Positions 1-12,464 of a DNA stretch of 64,000 bases are shown here, one piece after another. The notes below the pieces were generated by a model. The model saw only the letters and a program-made list of their open reading frames with translations, was not told where the DNA came from and made no database searches. The translations under genes were made by a program, and so were the position numbers. The DNA is from Scyliorhinus canicula (lineage: Eukaryota): the NCBI RefSeq assembly GCF_902713615.1, contig NC_052153.1, positions 51,190,763 through 51,254,762 of the forward strand, read 5' to 3'. Numbering within the stretch: the stretch's first letter is position 1; each line of letters opens with the position of its first letter.

Positions 1-1849
1 CATTATTATGATTTCCTGTCCGCATTGTACATCACTGGAAATAATCCACAGTCACATTCCAACAGGAAGTATTTTCCAAGATTGAGGCCTTTCAGTACAA
101 TCTTCAGAAGAAACACTGGAAAACAATCAGCAACAGTACAATATAATATCACACTTGACCATTAACTTTGTTTCATCAGCCTCCTTGCCCCATCTCTTCT
201 CAAGACATGCTGCACCATATAGCAACTCTGAAAATGCTTAACCTTCCTAATTTGCAATCCTCCTCCTCTCCATCAGGCTAGTAGAGCGCCTATGTTTTAA
301 GCCTTCTGATATAAACTAAAAATTCTGCATACACAAAGCCCTGGCATCTATGTAAAGCATTACAATTCTAATGAGTCGACATGCAGTCTTCCCATCTGTG
401 CTCTTGGATTGTTGCTCAATTGTGAAATCTCTTGACTTGGTGCTTAGCTGCTAAGACTTTAAGGTCTGGTATTCCCTCCCTAAATTTCTCTGCCTCTCTG
501 CTGCTCTCTTCTCCTTTAAGACACTTGTTAAAACCAAGCTAATTGATTATATATCTGTGCTAATATCTCTTTATGTGGCTCACTCAAATCTTCATTTGAT
601 GATGCTCCCGAGATGCACCTTGGACAGATTTTGTGTGTTAAAGTGCCATACAAATGCAAGTCTTTGTTGTTATTCTGTTGCCTGCTCCCTGGTTGTTAAT
701 CCGTTGTACACAATCTGATTGTTTGTTCTGTTGCCTGCTCTCTCTGCTTGCTTACTCTCAAGGAATTGTTGATTCCTTGCCCGCGATCTGATTGTTTGCT
801 CCACTACCTAACCCCTCGGCCTGTTGATCCTTTGTCCACTCTGTTGGGGTGTTTCCCTAATATCCTCTCCAATTGCTAACTGTGTTTCACACTCTATTGT
901 GTTGTTGTTCTGTAGTGTGCTTGCTGAAGCCAAAAAGGAAAAATATTTAAATAAGATTTGGAGAAAAAAAGGTCAAAGCAGAGCACTGAGGGAGAGAGAG
1001 AGAAGGGCAACAGGCGAGATAAATAATACAGAAGTGTGGGAGTGGAAAAGTAAAAAGAATTGAAAGGCCACAGAGGAAAATAAATGACGTCAAATAAGAA
1101 AAGAGAAATAAGATAGAGGGAAAATGAGGCGATGCAGGAAGAGCAGGGAGGTGAAGGAAAAGCGAATAGAAATGAAGGATGGACAATAGACATAAATATA
1201 AGTGATGAAGTACCAAGAAAACAAAACAGAAGAAGGAGATTGGAAAATAGAAATGAAAATAAAGCCATTTTTTAGACTAACCTGTAGCAGTTATCTTGAA
1301 TAATGGAGCAAGAGTGAAGCCTGGACCACTGTAACTGTGCAGCTCTGTTCAAGATTGATGTAACCAGCAATGGCCTGGATATTCATGCTCAATGGGGAAA
1401 AAGAAGTGGTGTTCAGGTGAAGGCTGGAAATACCAATGAGCTATTTATCTAAGATGTTGCTTTCACTGCATCAGAAGAAAATGACGGGTGGGCATCAGAA
1501 AGATTGAGGGAATTTTCTTGTTTGTTTATAATTCAATTAAAATTAAATTGTCGAGTGGCGGAGCTGGTGAGAAAGAGTCTGCAAGGGAGGAAAAGCGACA
1601 AAACTCAGCACAAGGTCGTGACTGACTGAATAAGGAGATCCTGCGGGTTAAGCACAAAGGGTTTGGAGAAAAACAGGGAAACAAGAGATGGAGTTTGAAA
1701 AAAATGCATAGGTGTATACAGCAAAACCAAACAAGAAAAATTAGAAAATATTAAAAAGTTACAGAAGTAATAAAACCGAAATATGGAATGCGATTTAACC
1801 AAACATTTACAAGTGTCATTTTGGGTGAGTTTGGTAAGGAATTCTTGCC

Positions 1850-1978
1850 AGCTTTTGGGTGAGATCCACACCACTATTTGACAACACACTGGTGAGACCA
1901 GTTCCTCAGAGATTGGGCCACCCTTTTGAAAGGGTGACCCGATCTCTAACTGAACGTGAGAGCCCCTGACAATGCCCC

Positions 1979-2009
<31 letters not shown>

Positions 2010-2712
2010 ACACACATGGGCATTATCCCACATCCTCCAAGTGAGGACACCCTGCTTTGGGGTCGGAGAGGGCCTCCCAAATTTCAGGCCTCCCCTACCC
2101 GTAATCCCCTAACCTTCATGAGGCCCCTTCATAGCCGCCTTTCACCGCCCCACCCATAATACCTGCCCTCATCCGCCTTTCACGGGCATGGCCCCCCTCA
2201 GACCAAGACCCTTGGCAGTGCCGCCTGGGTACCCTGGCAATGCCCCTTCCAACATGGCAGTGCCACCCAGGCACCTTGGCATGCTAGGGCTACAGTGCCA
2301 AGTTGCCAGACTAGCAGCGCCAAGGTGCTCGGATGCTAGAGAGAGAGAGCTGGGTGGCCACCCTGCCCTGTCCCTGACCAACCAGGGGTCTCCAATGACC
2401 TGGGAAACCCCAGATGCCATTACATCTGGTCCACATTTGTGTGAATCAGTACTAAACAACGCCTGGTCCAGGCCTTGCTGGGCAAGCTGTTAGTTCTCGT
2501 GCCCCGGGAGAATCTGGCGCAGACATATTTAATTATGATGATCTGGATCTCGCCCAACAAGGGTGAGATCCAGATCACGACATCTTGTGAGATTCTGATG
2601 AACCCCACGAGTCATCGCGAGCATTAAGAATCTCGCGAGAGGCCTCTTGCGAGATTCAAAGGCCTCATCGCATCACCAAGTCGGGGCTCAATGAGGCTGG
2701 TAAATCGCACCC
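1850..2712. mobile_element. Decayed non-autonomous DNA-transposon-like element
   Basis: Shares blocks (tctcgcgagaggcctcttg, ccaggggtctccaatg, atctggatctcg) with 21390-21720; ends in aaatcgcaccc. Confidence 0.5.
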
Positions 2713-4103
2713 ATAGAATACAGTCAGAGATATATGACAGAGACAAGAAAAATAATGTATTAACTGGAGAGAAAATACATTCAGGAACAATTTTCCAGCC
2801 TTAATTAAAATTGTGTGACACAAACATGTTAAGTTAGTTAGTTGTAGGCTTAAAACATGTTGTCATAATGATCATAGATACCTGAGACTGGTAAATATTA
2901 AGTGCTGGTGGCACGTGAGTAACCCAGCCTCCTCCAGAAAGTGTCAACAGCTTTGGGCAGGTGAGTTCCCTGAGGAGGACAAGTTAGAATCTCATGGAGG
3001 AAACACCATCAAATGACGTCATCAAACAATGGATGGGCTAATCCTTAAATTAGCTACAAGCCATGATGCAGTCATAGTACACAACAAATCAACGAAAGAG
3101 AGACTGCGGACAGTCTAACACACACCAGGGTTCTTTGCCTTAAAGAGCCACAGCAGATCTGAAAGTATCAACTGATGTTGCTGGTGCTAATAATGACATT
3201 TTGATTAATACATTTTTTCTTGGTCTGATTTAAATGACAAAGATATTTGGCTACTTTGGGGCTGGTCTTGCTCAAGACCATTCGGAAATAGTACCTTGAA
3301 AATCTGGGAATTTCTATTCCAGCATCACTTCATCTAAAGGAATGGGGAAAGAGACAGATGTGTATGGCAAACTAGGGAAATGGACAATGAATTCCCTGAA
3401 TTGATGGAATTCTCTGAATCAGGAGAGCATGTTAAATCCAGCTTATATAAAGAGATGAGCCTTGTAGTCATCAAGGTGTTTAACATAGGTTAATGCAGAA
3501 GTGTTTCACTGCGGTTAAATAGAAACAGTGCATATTTCTGCCCTGATTTCATTGTATGTGAACAATTTCAGCAAATGTGGTTTATTCACCCTGTAATATG
3601 CTTTCATATGAAGCTATCTTAGTGATTATTGATCACACTATAGAATAAGTTTATTACAAGCAATAATCTAATCGCAGGATCAAAGGGTTTTGACAAACCA
3701 CACGTATGAGGTGAGACCTATTCCTGAAAATCTACACCTGTGGATTAGATTACAGTCATGACCTGTCATGTGTTGGTGTTTCTGAATTATACATTTACTA
3801 ATGTTTAAAATGACCACAGTGAATTTACTTAAGGCTTTGTGGTAATGGATGCTTATGAGGCGGAGGTCATGTGAAGTTGGGGCCTTAGATTGTGAAGTGG
3901 CAAACCTTTTATTTCAATTGAAGATGCTCTGTGTGATTAGAACATTGCAGCCTTGTAGCCTAATATAGGTTTGTGTCCAATGTGATGTACATTATGATTA
4001 GTGCATTTTCACAAGATACAGGAAAAATTATTTAATGTAAGATAGGTGCTGAGCCGAGCGGAGGCCATCAGCAAAAATGAAAAAGGATAGGAGAGAAGAT
4101 GAA

Positions 4104-4747
4104 GGGCGTGATTCTCCTTTTTCCGACTCCAAAATCATATTTGGCGATTGGGCGGAGAATCGATTCCGACGCCGGAATCGGGGCCGCCGCTGGTTTGAAG
4201 CTGGTTTGCGATTCTCCGCCCCCTCCAAACCGGCGTCATTGTGATGCACACTGTGCGCAGTCGCAATGCCGTTGGCGCGTCATCGGCCGGCTCACCCGCG
4301 ATGCTCCACGCCCGATGGGATGTGTTCCCGATGGTGCAGACGACGTGTGGTCCCACAAATTGTGAACCCGGCGTGCCGGCTGCGGACTGTGTCCAGCGTC
4401 GCCATACTCGGCCGGGATCCGTGCCACTGTCTCGGGCTGGGGGTGGGGGGGGCTTCTGCGAGGTCTGGTGGGGGGTGGCCAGGGGGTGGGCTGTGGGGTT
4501 GTGGATGGTGGGTTGGGTCCACGCACGGCCGGCACTATGTTGTATGGCGCGACCGGTGCAGGTAGGCAGGGACCTGGTCATTCTCCGGCCGTTTCCGGCA
4601 TGGGCGATGGGTGTTTCTTTCAGCGCCGGTGCTAGCCCGGTGCTAGCTGGTACTGGAATCGGTGAATGGTTGGCACCGCTTTTTTTTCCACATGAACCAT
4701 CCTCGGATTCTCCATTCCAGCCGGCACTTAGCCGCAGAAACCAGCCC
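4104..4747. mobile_element. GC-rich MITE with GGGC..GATTCTCC / GGAGAATC..GCCC-type terminal inverted repeats
   Basis: TIR-like ends, CpG-rich interior, related copies throughout the window. Confidence 0.75.
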
Positions 4748-5570
4748 CAGGTCTGCCAAAAAAGTGTGATTAGGCCATTGTAAGGATTGGTTTAAAAGCC
4801 TGCAGACAATGCATTGCATGGATTCAGAGGCTTAAGTTGGTGAGATATATGACCAGTATTGTATAATACTTAGCTCTGCAAAAACTCACCAAAGGGATAA
4901 GGCTGACGAGAAATGTAGAGAGAGATTCATGTTTGGAACTGTGGATGTGTGGGTGCGAGAGAGACTGTTTCGAGACTCCAATCTAACCGTGATAGAGACA
5001 AGTGAGATTCACACACATGTTGGAACACCTTGAAATTATTGAGGAGCTGAAAGGACATAATGTGAGTGTGCTACTTAAACCCAAGGAAACCTCAAGATGT
5101 GAGAGAGGAAAACTTTGGGTCAACACTAAAGAGATCCCAAAGACATGTGAGTACTGCATTTCTGAGATGCATCTTAGGTTCCACAAAAGAGAGCTGTACC
5201 CAACTGTTTGGTAGGTGTGCAACAAGTGCAAAAGAACAATTATTTTTCTGAAAATGCCATGGAAAAGTATCACCTTCACACAGAGAGACAGGAAGAGCAA
5301 TAGACGAAGAACCAAGAGCAACATGTTTCATTGTCATTACTGTAGTGTGCTCTGTTGGTTTTGGATGACTCAGAGTGTTACAATTAAGTCTGGAAATGAC
5401 CAAAGATTCCAAATGAACCTGGGTGCACAACATAACATAATTCTGGTCTATCTACATTCAGAGATTTTAAACTTGCAACGATGGAACCCCTTAAGTCATT
5501 GATTGTAGAATCTGAAGGAACGAGTCTCTCATTTTTGGACAAGAATTGATTCTAGTTCAACATGTTGAAC

Positions 5571-5875
5571 GTGGCACAGTGGTTAACACTGCTGCCTCAC
5601 ATCGCCAGAGACCCGGGTTCAATTCCGGCCTTGGGTGACTGTCTCAGTTTGTACATACTCCCCATGTCTGCGTGGATTTCCTCTGGGTGCTCCCGTTTCC
5701 TCCTACGGTTCAAAGATATGCAGGTTAGGTGGATTGGCCTTGCTAAACTGCCCCTCAGTGTCCAGGGATGTGCAGATTAGGTTACAGGATTCCGGGTGTA
5801 GGGCAGAATGGATCGGTGCAAACCCGAAGGGCCAAATGGCCTCCTTCCGCACTGTAGGGATTCTATGATTCTGTG
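5571..5875 (+). mobile_element. HE1-like SINE
   Basis: tRNA A/B boxes, core, TTCTATGA tail. Confidence 0.85.
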
Positions 5876-6132
5876 TTGACTGTAAGAACAGGCTGGGCTG
5901 TAAGCTCCTCAATAGCACAGCTATCGATGAGCTTAGTGGTGTAGTGATCATGTCACTGGACCAGTAATCTAGAGGCCCAGGCTAATCCTCTGAGGACATG
6001 GGCCCAAATCCCACCATGGCAGGAATTTCAATTCAATTAATAAATCTGGAATTGAAAGCTGTCTCAGTGATAGTAACAATGAAACTCAAAACCTATCTGG
6101 TTTACTAATGCCCTTTAGGAAGGACAATCTAG

Positions 6133-6444
6133 CCCCCGAGGGCGGTGCTGGTGCGATTCCAGCGTTTCTGTGATCGGGAGAAAGTGCTGAGGTGGGCCAA
6201 GAGGGAGAAAAGCAGCAAATGGGAGAATTCGACGGTGCGGATATATCAGGACTGGAGTGCGGAGGTGGCAAAGCGGCGGGCCCGGTTTAACCGGACGAAG
6301 GCGGTGCTGCACGCAAAGAGGATCAAGTTCGGAATGCTGCAGCCAGCGCGTTTGTGGGTCACCTACAAGGACCAGCACCATTACTTTGAGACCCCAGAGG
6401 AGGCATGGACTTTTGTTCGGGAGGAAAAGCTGGACCTGAACTAG
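6133..6444 (+). CDS. L1 ORF1p C-terminal fragment (end of RRM plus CTD)
   Basis: PRAVLVRF..VRIYQDWSAEVAKRR..FGMLQPARLWVTY..FETPEEA is a typical vertebrate L1 ORF1p C-terminus. Confidence 0.85.
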   Translation, partial: PPRAVLVRFQRFCDREKVLRWAKREKSSKWENSTVRIYQDWSAEVAKRRARFNRTKAVLHAKRIKFGMLQPARLWVTYKDQHHYFETPEEAWTFVREEKLDLN

Positions 6445-7390
6445 AACTTGGGAACGCCGGCGGTCGAGGCCGCCCGAGTACCCTTGACTGATCAAGTGGC
6501 CCATGTCTTTCTTAGGCCAGGTCGGAACTTGGTTAAAGTTGATGGATCGTTTGGTTTCTTTGAAACTTGTGTTATGGGGGGTTTCTTTGTTCCTTTTTGT
6601 GTGTCTCTTCCCGTTGCCAACTTCCCTTAATTATTGTTGTTGTAGGGGGGGCTTTTTTACTGTTTTTTGATCTGTTCTTTAAGGGTTATGGTTACTGTTC
6701 TGTTCGATGGAGGGTGATGGTTAAATACGTTATTATTGGGTAGTTATTTAGTTATGCAGGCATAGTTATGTATTTATGTATTTATTTGAGATTTGTTATT
6801 TATATTGTTATATTGTTAAGTTGGGGAGGCGGGACGGGGGGGGTGCAAGTTGGTTATGCGTGTTTTCTTTTTCTCTTTTTTCTTCCTCTCGTTTTAAGGG
6901 GGCTTTTTTATGGGCTTGGATGGGGACGGGGGTGGAATTGAAGATGGCGGGGTAGGGTGTGGCCGGGCGAAAGCGCGGGCTTTCCCCTGTTTCCCGCGCG
7001 CGGGACGGAGGAAGGGGGAGGAGAGAAGAGTGGGGTGTGGCCAGCAATGGCGGCTTTTCCCGCGCTGAAGCGGGGTCAGAGAGGGATGGCAAGGGGGGGG
7101 GAGGCCCCTCCCCCCCCACATCGGGAGGAGTCGGAGTGTGGCAGGGGCAGCCGGGTCAGCGAAAACCAGCTGACTCTCGGGAGTACGATGGTGGATACAC
7201 CGCGGCTAGGAGGGGTCCTAGCCGGGGGGGGGGGGGGGGGAGGGAAGGGGGGTTAGGGGGGGATACCGGGTTGCTGCTGGAAAGGCCGAGGACGGGAAGG
7301 GAAGAACGGGAGGAGAGAGGGGGAGGGGCCATCGCCATGGGGAACGGGTCAGAAGGGGAGGGTCGACCCGGGGCGAACAGGGGACAGGAC

Positions 7391-10300
7391 ATGGCTAATA
7401 GACAGGGGAAAGGGACGGGTCGCTCCGCGACCCGGTTGATTACTTGGAACGTGAGGGGGCTGAATGGGCCGGTCAAGAGATCAAGGGTTTTTTCACACCT
7501 AAAGGGACTGCAGGCGGATGTGGCAATGTTGCAGGAGACTCACTTGAGAGTAGTAGACCAGGTACGCCTGAGAAGGGGGTGGGTGGGACAGGTGTTCCAC
7601 TCAGGCTTGGACGCAAAGAACCGGGGGGTGGCGATTTTGGTGGGAAAGAGGGTGTCGTTCGTGGCGGCGCAGGTGGTAGCAGATAAGGAGGGTAGGTACG
7701 TGATGGTGAAGGGTAGGCTGCAGGGAGAGAATGTGGTGCTGGTGAATGTGTATGCCCCGAATTGGGATGACGCGGGTTTTATGAGGCGCCTGTTGGGCCT
7801 CATTCCGGGTCTGGAGGCAGGGGGCCTGATCATGGGGGGGGACTTCAATACAGTGCTCGACCCTGGGCTGGACAGATCGAGTTCCAGGACGAATAGGAGG
7901 CCGGCAGCGGCAGAGGTGCTAAGGGGGTTCATGGAGCAGATGGGGGGGGTAGACCCTTGGAGATTTGGCAGGCCAAGGGCGAGGGAGTATTCTTTTTTCT
8001 CCCACGTCCACAGGGTGTACTCCAGAATAGACTTTTTTGTACTGAGCAGGGGGCTGATTTCGAGAGTGCAGGACACGGAGTACTCGGCCATTGCGATTTC
8101 GGACCATGCACCACACTGGGTAGAGGTAGAACTGGGGGAAGCACGGGACCAGCGCCCGTTGTGGCGCCTGGATGTGGGGCTGCTGGCGGACGAGGAGGTG
8201 TGCGGAAGGGTCCGGAAGGGCATTGAGAGATATCTGGGCACGAACGACACGGGCGAGGTGAAGGTGGGGATAGTCTGGGAGGCCCTGAAAGCAGTGATCA
8301 GAGGAGAGCTGATCTCCATAAGGGCACACAGAGAAAGGAAGGAGAGGCAGGAGAGGGAGAGACTGGTGGGGGAACTTATAGAAGTGGACAGGAGATATGC
8401 GGAGACACCAGAGGAGGGGCTGTTGAGGGAGCGGCGCAGTTTACAGGCCCAGTTTGACCTACTGACCACTAGGAAGGCGGAGACGCAATGGAGAAGGGCA
8501 CAGGGCGCGGTCTATGAGTACGGGGAAAAGGCGAGCAGGATGCTGGCACACCAGCTGCGCAAGCGAGATGCAGCCAGAGAGATTGGGGGAGTGAGAGAGA
8601 AGGGAGGGAACGTAGTGCAGAAGGGGCAAGAGGTGAACGGGGTCTTCAGGGAGTTCTACAGGGAATTGTACCGGTCTGAGCCGCCCAGGAGGAGGGGGGG
8701 AATGGAGAACTTCCTCGATAGATTGAGGTTCCCAAAGGTCCAGGAGGAACGGGTGGAGGGGCTGGGGGCGCCGATAGAGATGCAGGAGCTAGTTAAAGGG
8801 ATAGGCCAGATGCAGGCGGGGAAGGCGCCGGGGCCGGATGGGTTCCCGGTGGAATTTTATAAGAAGTATGTGGACTTGGTGGGTCCAGTGCTGGTGCGAG
8901 CCTTCAATGAGGCGCGAGAGGGGGGGGTTCTGCCCCCGACAATGTCACAGGCCCTGATCTCCTTGATCCTGAAGCGGGACAAAGACCCTGTACAGTGCGG
9001 GTCCTACAGGCCTATCTCCCTCTTGAATGTAGATGCCAAACTGTTGGCAAAGGTCCTGGCAACCAGAATAGAGGATTGTGTGCCAGGGGTAATCCATGAG
9101 GACCAGACGGGGTTCGTAAAGGGACGACAACTTAACACAAATGTCCGGAGACTGTTGAATGTGATTATGATGCCAGCAGTGGAGGGGGAGGCTGAGATAG
9201 TGGTAGCACTGGATGCGGAGAAGGCATTCGATAGGGTGGAGTGGGAATACCTGTGGGAGACGCTGGAACGGTTTGGGTTTGGGGAGGGATTTATCAAGTG
9301 GGTGAAGCTGCTGTATTCGGCCCCGATGGCGAGTGTGGTTACAAACGGGAGGAGGTCAGAGTATTTTGGGCTCCATCGAGGTACCAGGCAGGGATGCCCC
9401 CTATCCCCCTTACTATTTGCATTAGCGATCGAACCGTTGGCGATGGCACTGAGGGGTTCAGGGGGGTGGAGAGGACTGACAAGGGGAGGGGAGGAACATC
9501 GGGTATCACTCTATGCGGATGATTTGTTGTTGTATGTGGCAGACCCGGAAGGGGAATGCCGGAGGTAATGGAAATACTAGCGGAGTTTGGGGACTTTTCG
9601 GGATATAAATTAAATGTGGGTAAAAGTGAGGTCTTTGTGATACACCCGGGAGATCAGGGGGAGGGAATTGGGCGGCTCCCCTTTAAGAGAGCAGTAAAGA
9701 GCTTCAGGTACTTAGGGGTGCAGGTGGCAAGGAACTGGGGGACCCTCCACAAGCTGAACTTTTCAAGGCTGGTGGAGCAGATGGAGGAGGAGTTCAAGAG
9801 GTGGGACATGGTACCGCTGTCGCTAGCAGGGAGGGTGCAGTCAGTCAAAATGACGGTCCTCCCGAGGTTCTTGTTTCTGTTCCAGTGCTTGCCCATCTTT
9901 CTCCCCAGGGCCTTCTTCAAGAAGGTAACTAGCAGCATTATGGGCTATGTGTGGGCACATGGCACCCCTAGAGTGAGAAGGATTTTCTTGGAACGGAGTA
10001 GGGACAGTGGAGGATTAGCGCTACCCAATCTTTCCGGGTACTACTGGGCGGCGAACGCATCGATGGTGCGCAAGTGGGTGATGGAGGGGGAGGGGGCAGC
10101 TTGGAAACGTATGGAGAGGGCGTCCTGCGGCAATATAAGCCTGGGGGCGCTAGTAACGGCACCATGGCCGCTCCCCCCCACAAGGTATACCACGAGTCCG
10201 GTAGTGGCGGCCACCCTTAAAATCTGGGGGCAGTGGAGGCGACACAGGGGGGAAGTGGGGGGTCTGATGGCGGCGCCACTGAGAGGGAACCACAGATTTG

Positions 10301-11184
10301 TCCCGGGGAACACTGGCGGGGGATTCCAGAGCTGGCACAGGGCGGGCATCAGGCAACTGAGGGACATGTTCATAGAGGGGAGGTTTGCGAGCCTGGGAGA
10401 GCTGGAGGAGAAATTTGAGCTCCCCCCGGGGAACACGTTTAGATACCTGCAGGTGAAGGCATTTGCCAGACGACAGGTGGAAGGATTTCCCTTGCTTCCC
10501 GATAGAGGGGTGAGTGATAGGGTGCTGTCAGGGGTCTGGGTCGGAGAAGGGAAGGTCTCGGACATTTACAAAATAATGCAGGAGGTGGAGGAGGTATCGA
10601 TAGAGGAGCTGAAAGACAAGTGGGAAGCGGAGCTGGGAGAGCAGATAGAAGATGGGACATGGGCGGATGCCTTAGAGAGGGTCAATTCGTCGTCGTCGTG
10701 CGCAAGGTTGGGCCTCATCCAATTTAAGGTGCTGCATAGAGCCCATATGACGGGGACTAGGATGAGTCGGTTCTTCGGGGGTGAGGACAGGTGTGTTAGG
10801 TGTTCGGGAAGCCCTGCGAACCATGTACATATGTTCTGGATGTGCCCGGCACTGGAAGAGTTCTGGGAGGGGGTGGCGGGGACGGTATCGAGAGTGGTGG
10901 GAACCAGGGTCAAACCAGGGTGGGGGCTAGCGATTTTTGGGGTTGGGGTGGAGCCGGGAGTACAAGAGGCAGGGGAGGCCGGAATATTGGCCTTTGCGTC
11001 CTTGGTAGCTCGGAGAAGGATCTTGATTCAGTGGAGGGACACAAGGCCACCAAGTGTTAACACCTGGTTAAACGACATGGCAAGCTTCATCCAATTGGAA
11101 AGAATCAAATTCGCCCTGAGAGGGTCGGTACGGGGGTTCTTCCGGCGGTGGCAGCCCTTCCTTGACTTTCTGGATCAGAGATAG
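7391..11184 (+). pseudogene. L1 ORF2 (APE endonuclease, RT, C-terminal Cys/His motif) with one frameshift near 9551-9556
   Basis: TWNVRGLN, LQETH, NVYAPN, GGDFN, SRID, SDH (endonuclease); KAPGPDG, YRPISLLN, LDAEKAFD, GTRQGCPLSP, YADD (RT); CVRC..H..C. The 869-aa and 542-aa ORFs join if one G is restored in the G run at ~9551-9554. Confidence 0.92.
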
Positions 11185-11576
11185 GAACTGGAGGCCGAAA
11201 CAGCAGCAACCCGGGGAGAAAGGAGAAAGGGGGGGGGGGGGGGGGGAAGGGAGGGGGGGGGGGATAGCAACGAAGGGAGCACGTCAGCGGGGGGTCGCGG
11301 GCAATGACTGCCCGAGGCCATCGGCAGAAAGGGAAAAACGGTTTTGGTTGCTAGACTGGTAGCGCGGGGGGGGGGGGGGGGGGGAGGGTGGGGGGGTGCG
11401 CGCGGGGGAGGGCGTGGGGAGGATTTTCCAGGGGGGATTTGTTGTGTTATAATTTAAAATGTAGTAGGGGTAAATGTTTGTATCGAAAAATTTCAATAAA
11501 AATTATTTAAAAAAAAAAAAAAGGAAGGACAATCTGTCGTCCTTACCTGGTCTGGTCCAGCCTACATGTGACTCCA

Positions 11577-11879
11577 GGGCTGGGATTCCCTGAAAACGCG
11601 ACAAAGCGTTGACGCCGAGTGTTTCACGCTGACGTCAACGGGCCTCTTGGCCCAGTGATTCCGTTGCCCACAGGGGGCCAGCGCGGTGCTGGAGTGCTCC
11701 GCGCTGCTCCAGCTGCCGTACGCGGCCCTGCACTGCTCGCCGTGGGTCCGCGCACGCGCGGCTGGGGGCAATTCTCTGGTCACCGGAGAATCGCGTCCCG
11801 GTGTCGGATCGGCGTCGCGGGCCGTCTCAGTGTCATCTCCGATTCTCCGAGCAGGGGTGGGGTCGCAGAATCCCGGCCC
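11577..11879. mobile_element. GC-rich MITE (internally deleted)
   Basis: gggctgggattc...gaatcccggccc; inverted homologue at 21000-21383. Confidence 0.8.
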
Positions 11880-12248
11880 AGATCTATAGTAATCTGTTTG
11901 TCCCTTAACTGCCCTCTGAAATGGTTTTGCAAGCCACTCATTTCAAGGGCAATTTGGGATGAGCAGAAATGGTGGCCTTACCAGTGACACCCACACCCCA
12001 TTCAACAAACTTCTGTAAATTAATTTGTTATTTTATATTCAGAAAGACCTATCCAATTAGTTCCACACCCTGCTTTCTCTGTAGCCTTCATTTTTCTTCT
12101 TTTCAAATAAATGTTATCAATTCCTTTTAGAATGTTATGACTGAATCTGCTTCCGGCAGTGTATTCAAAATGACAACAACCGAGTGCGCGAAATAAACTC
12201 TCCAGTATTCAGTCTTTCTGGGTCCATATCTGGATCTGCCTGGCAGAA

Positions 12249-12428
12249 TAATAATAATAATAATCACTTATTGTCACAAGTAGGCTTCAATGAAGTTACT
12301 TTGAAAAGCCCCTAGTCGCCACATTCTGGCGCCTGTTCGAGGAGACTGGTACGGGAATTGAACCCGCGCTGCTGCCTTGTTCTGTCTTACAAGCCAGCTG
12401 TTTAGCCAACTGTGCTAAACCAGCCCCT
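12249..12428 (-). mobile_element. Short tRNA-derived SINE (ggggctggtttagc head)
   Basis: Same family at 18086-18290 (-), 41042-41224 (+) and 45807-45990 (-). Confidence 0.8.
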
Positions 12429-12464
12429 ACATTACATTCAATGGGCACACATTAATTGTGCCCA

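Larger units (their letters stand above)
6131..11521 (+). mobile_element. Young L1-clade LINE, 5'-truncated within ORF1
   Basis: Perfect 14-bp TSD AGGAAGGACAATCT (6117-6130 and 11522-11535), AATAAA at 11495-11500, poly(A) at 11509-11521, ORF1 C-terminus plus EN/RT ORF2, T-rich target (TTT/AGG). Confidence 0.95.
5931..12009 (+). mobile_element. Old tRNA-headed SINE split by the L1 and a MITE (pieces 5931-6130, 11536-11576, 11880-12009)
   Basis: A/B-box-like head (agtggtgtagtg ... ggcccaaatcccaccatggc); sequence is continuous across the L1 TSD; LINE-like 3' tail. A minus-strand head of the same family lies near 58215-58290. Confidence 0.7.

Noticed and set aside
4104-4747. CpG-island-like patch as a possible internal promoter
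   Set aside because: Bounded by MITE TIRs and repeated elsewhere in the window.
6959-7390. 144-aa Gly/Arg-rich extension of L1 ORF2
   Set aside because: Starts at a GTG in a G-rich, stop-poor spacer. The Met at 7391 just before the endonuclease motif is the more plausible start.
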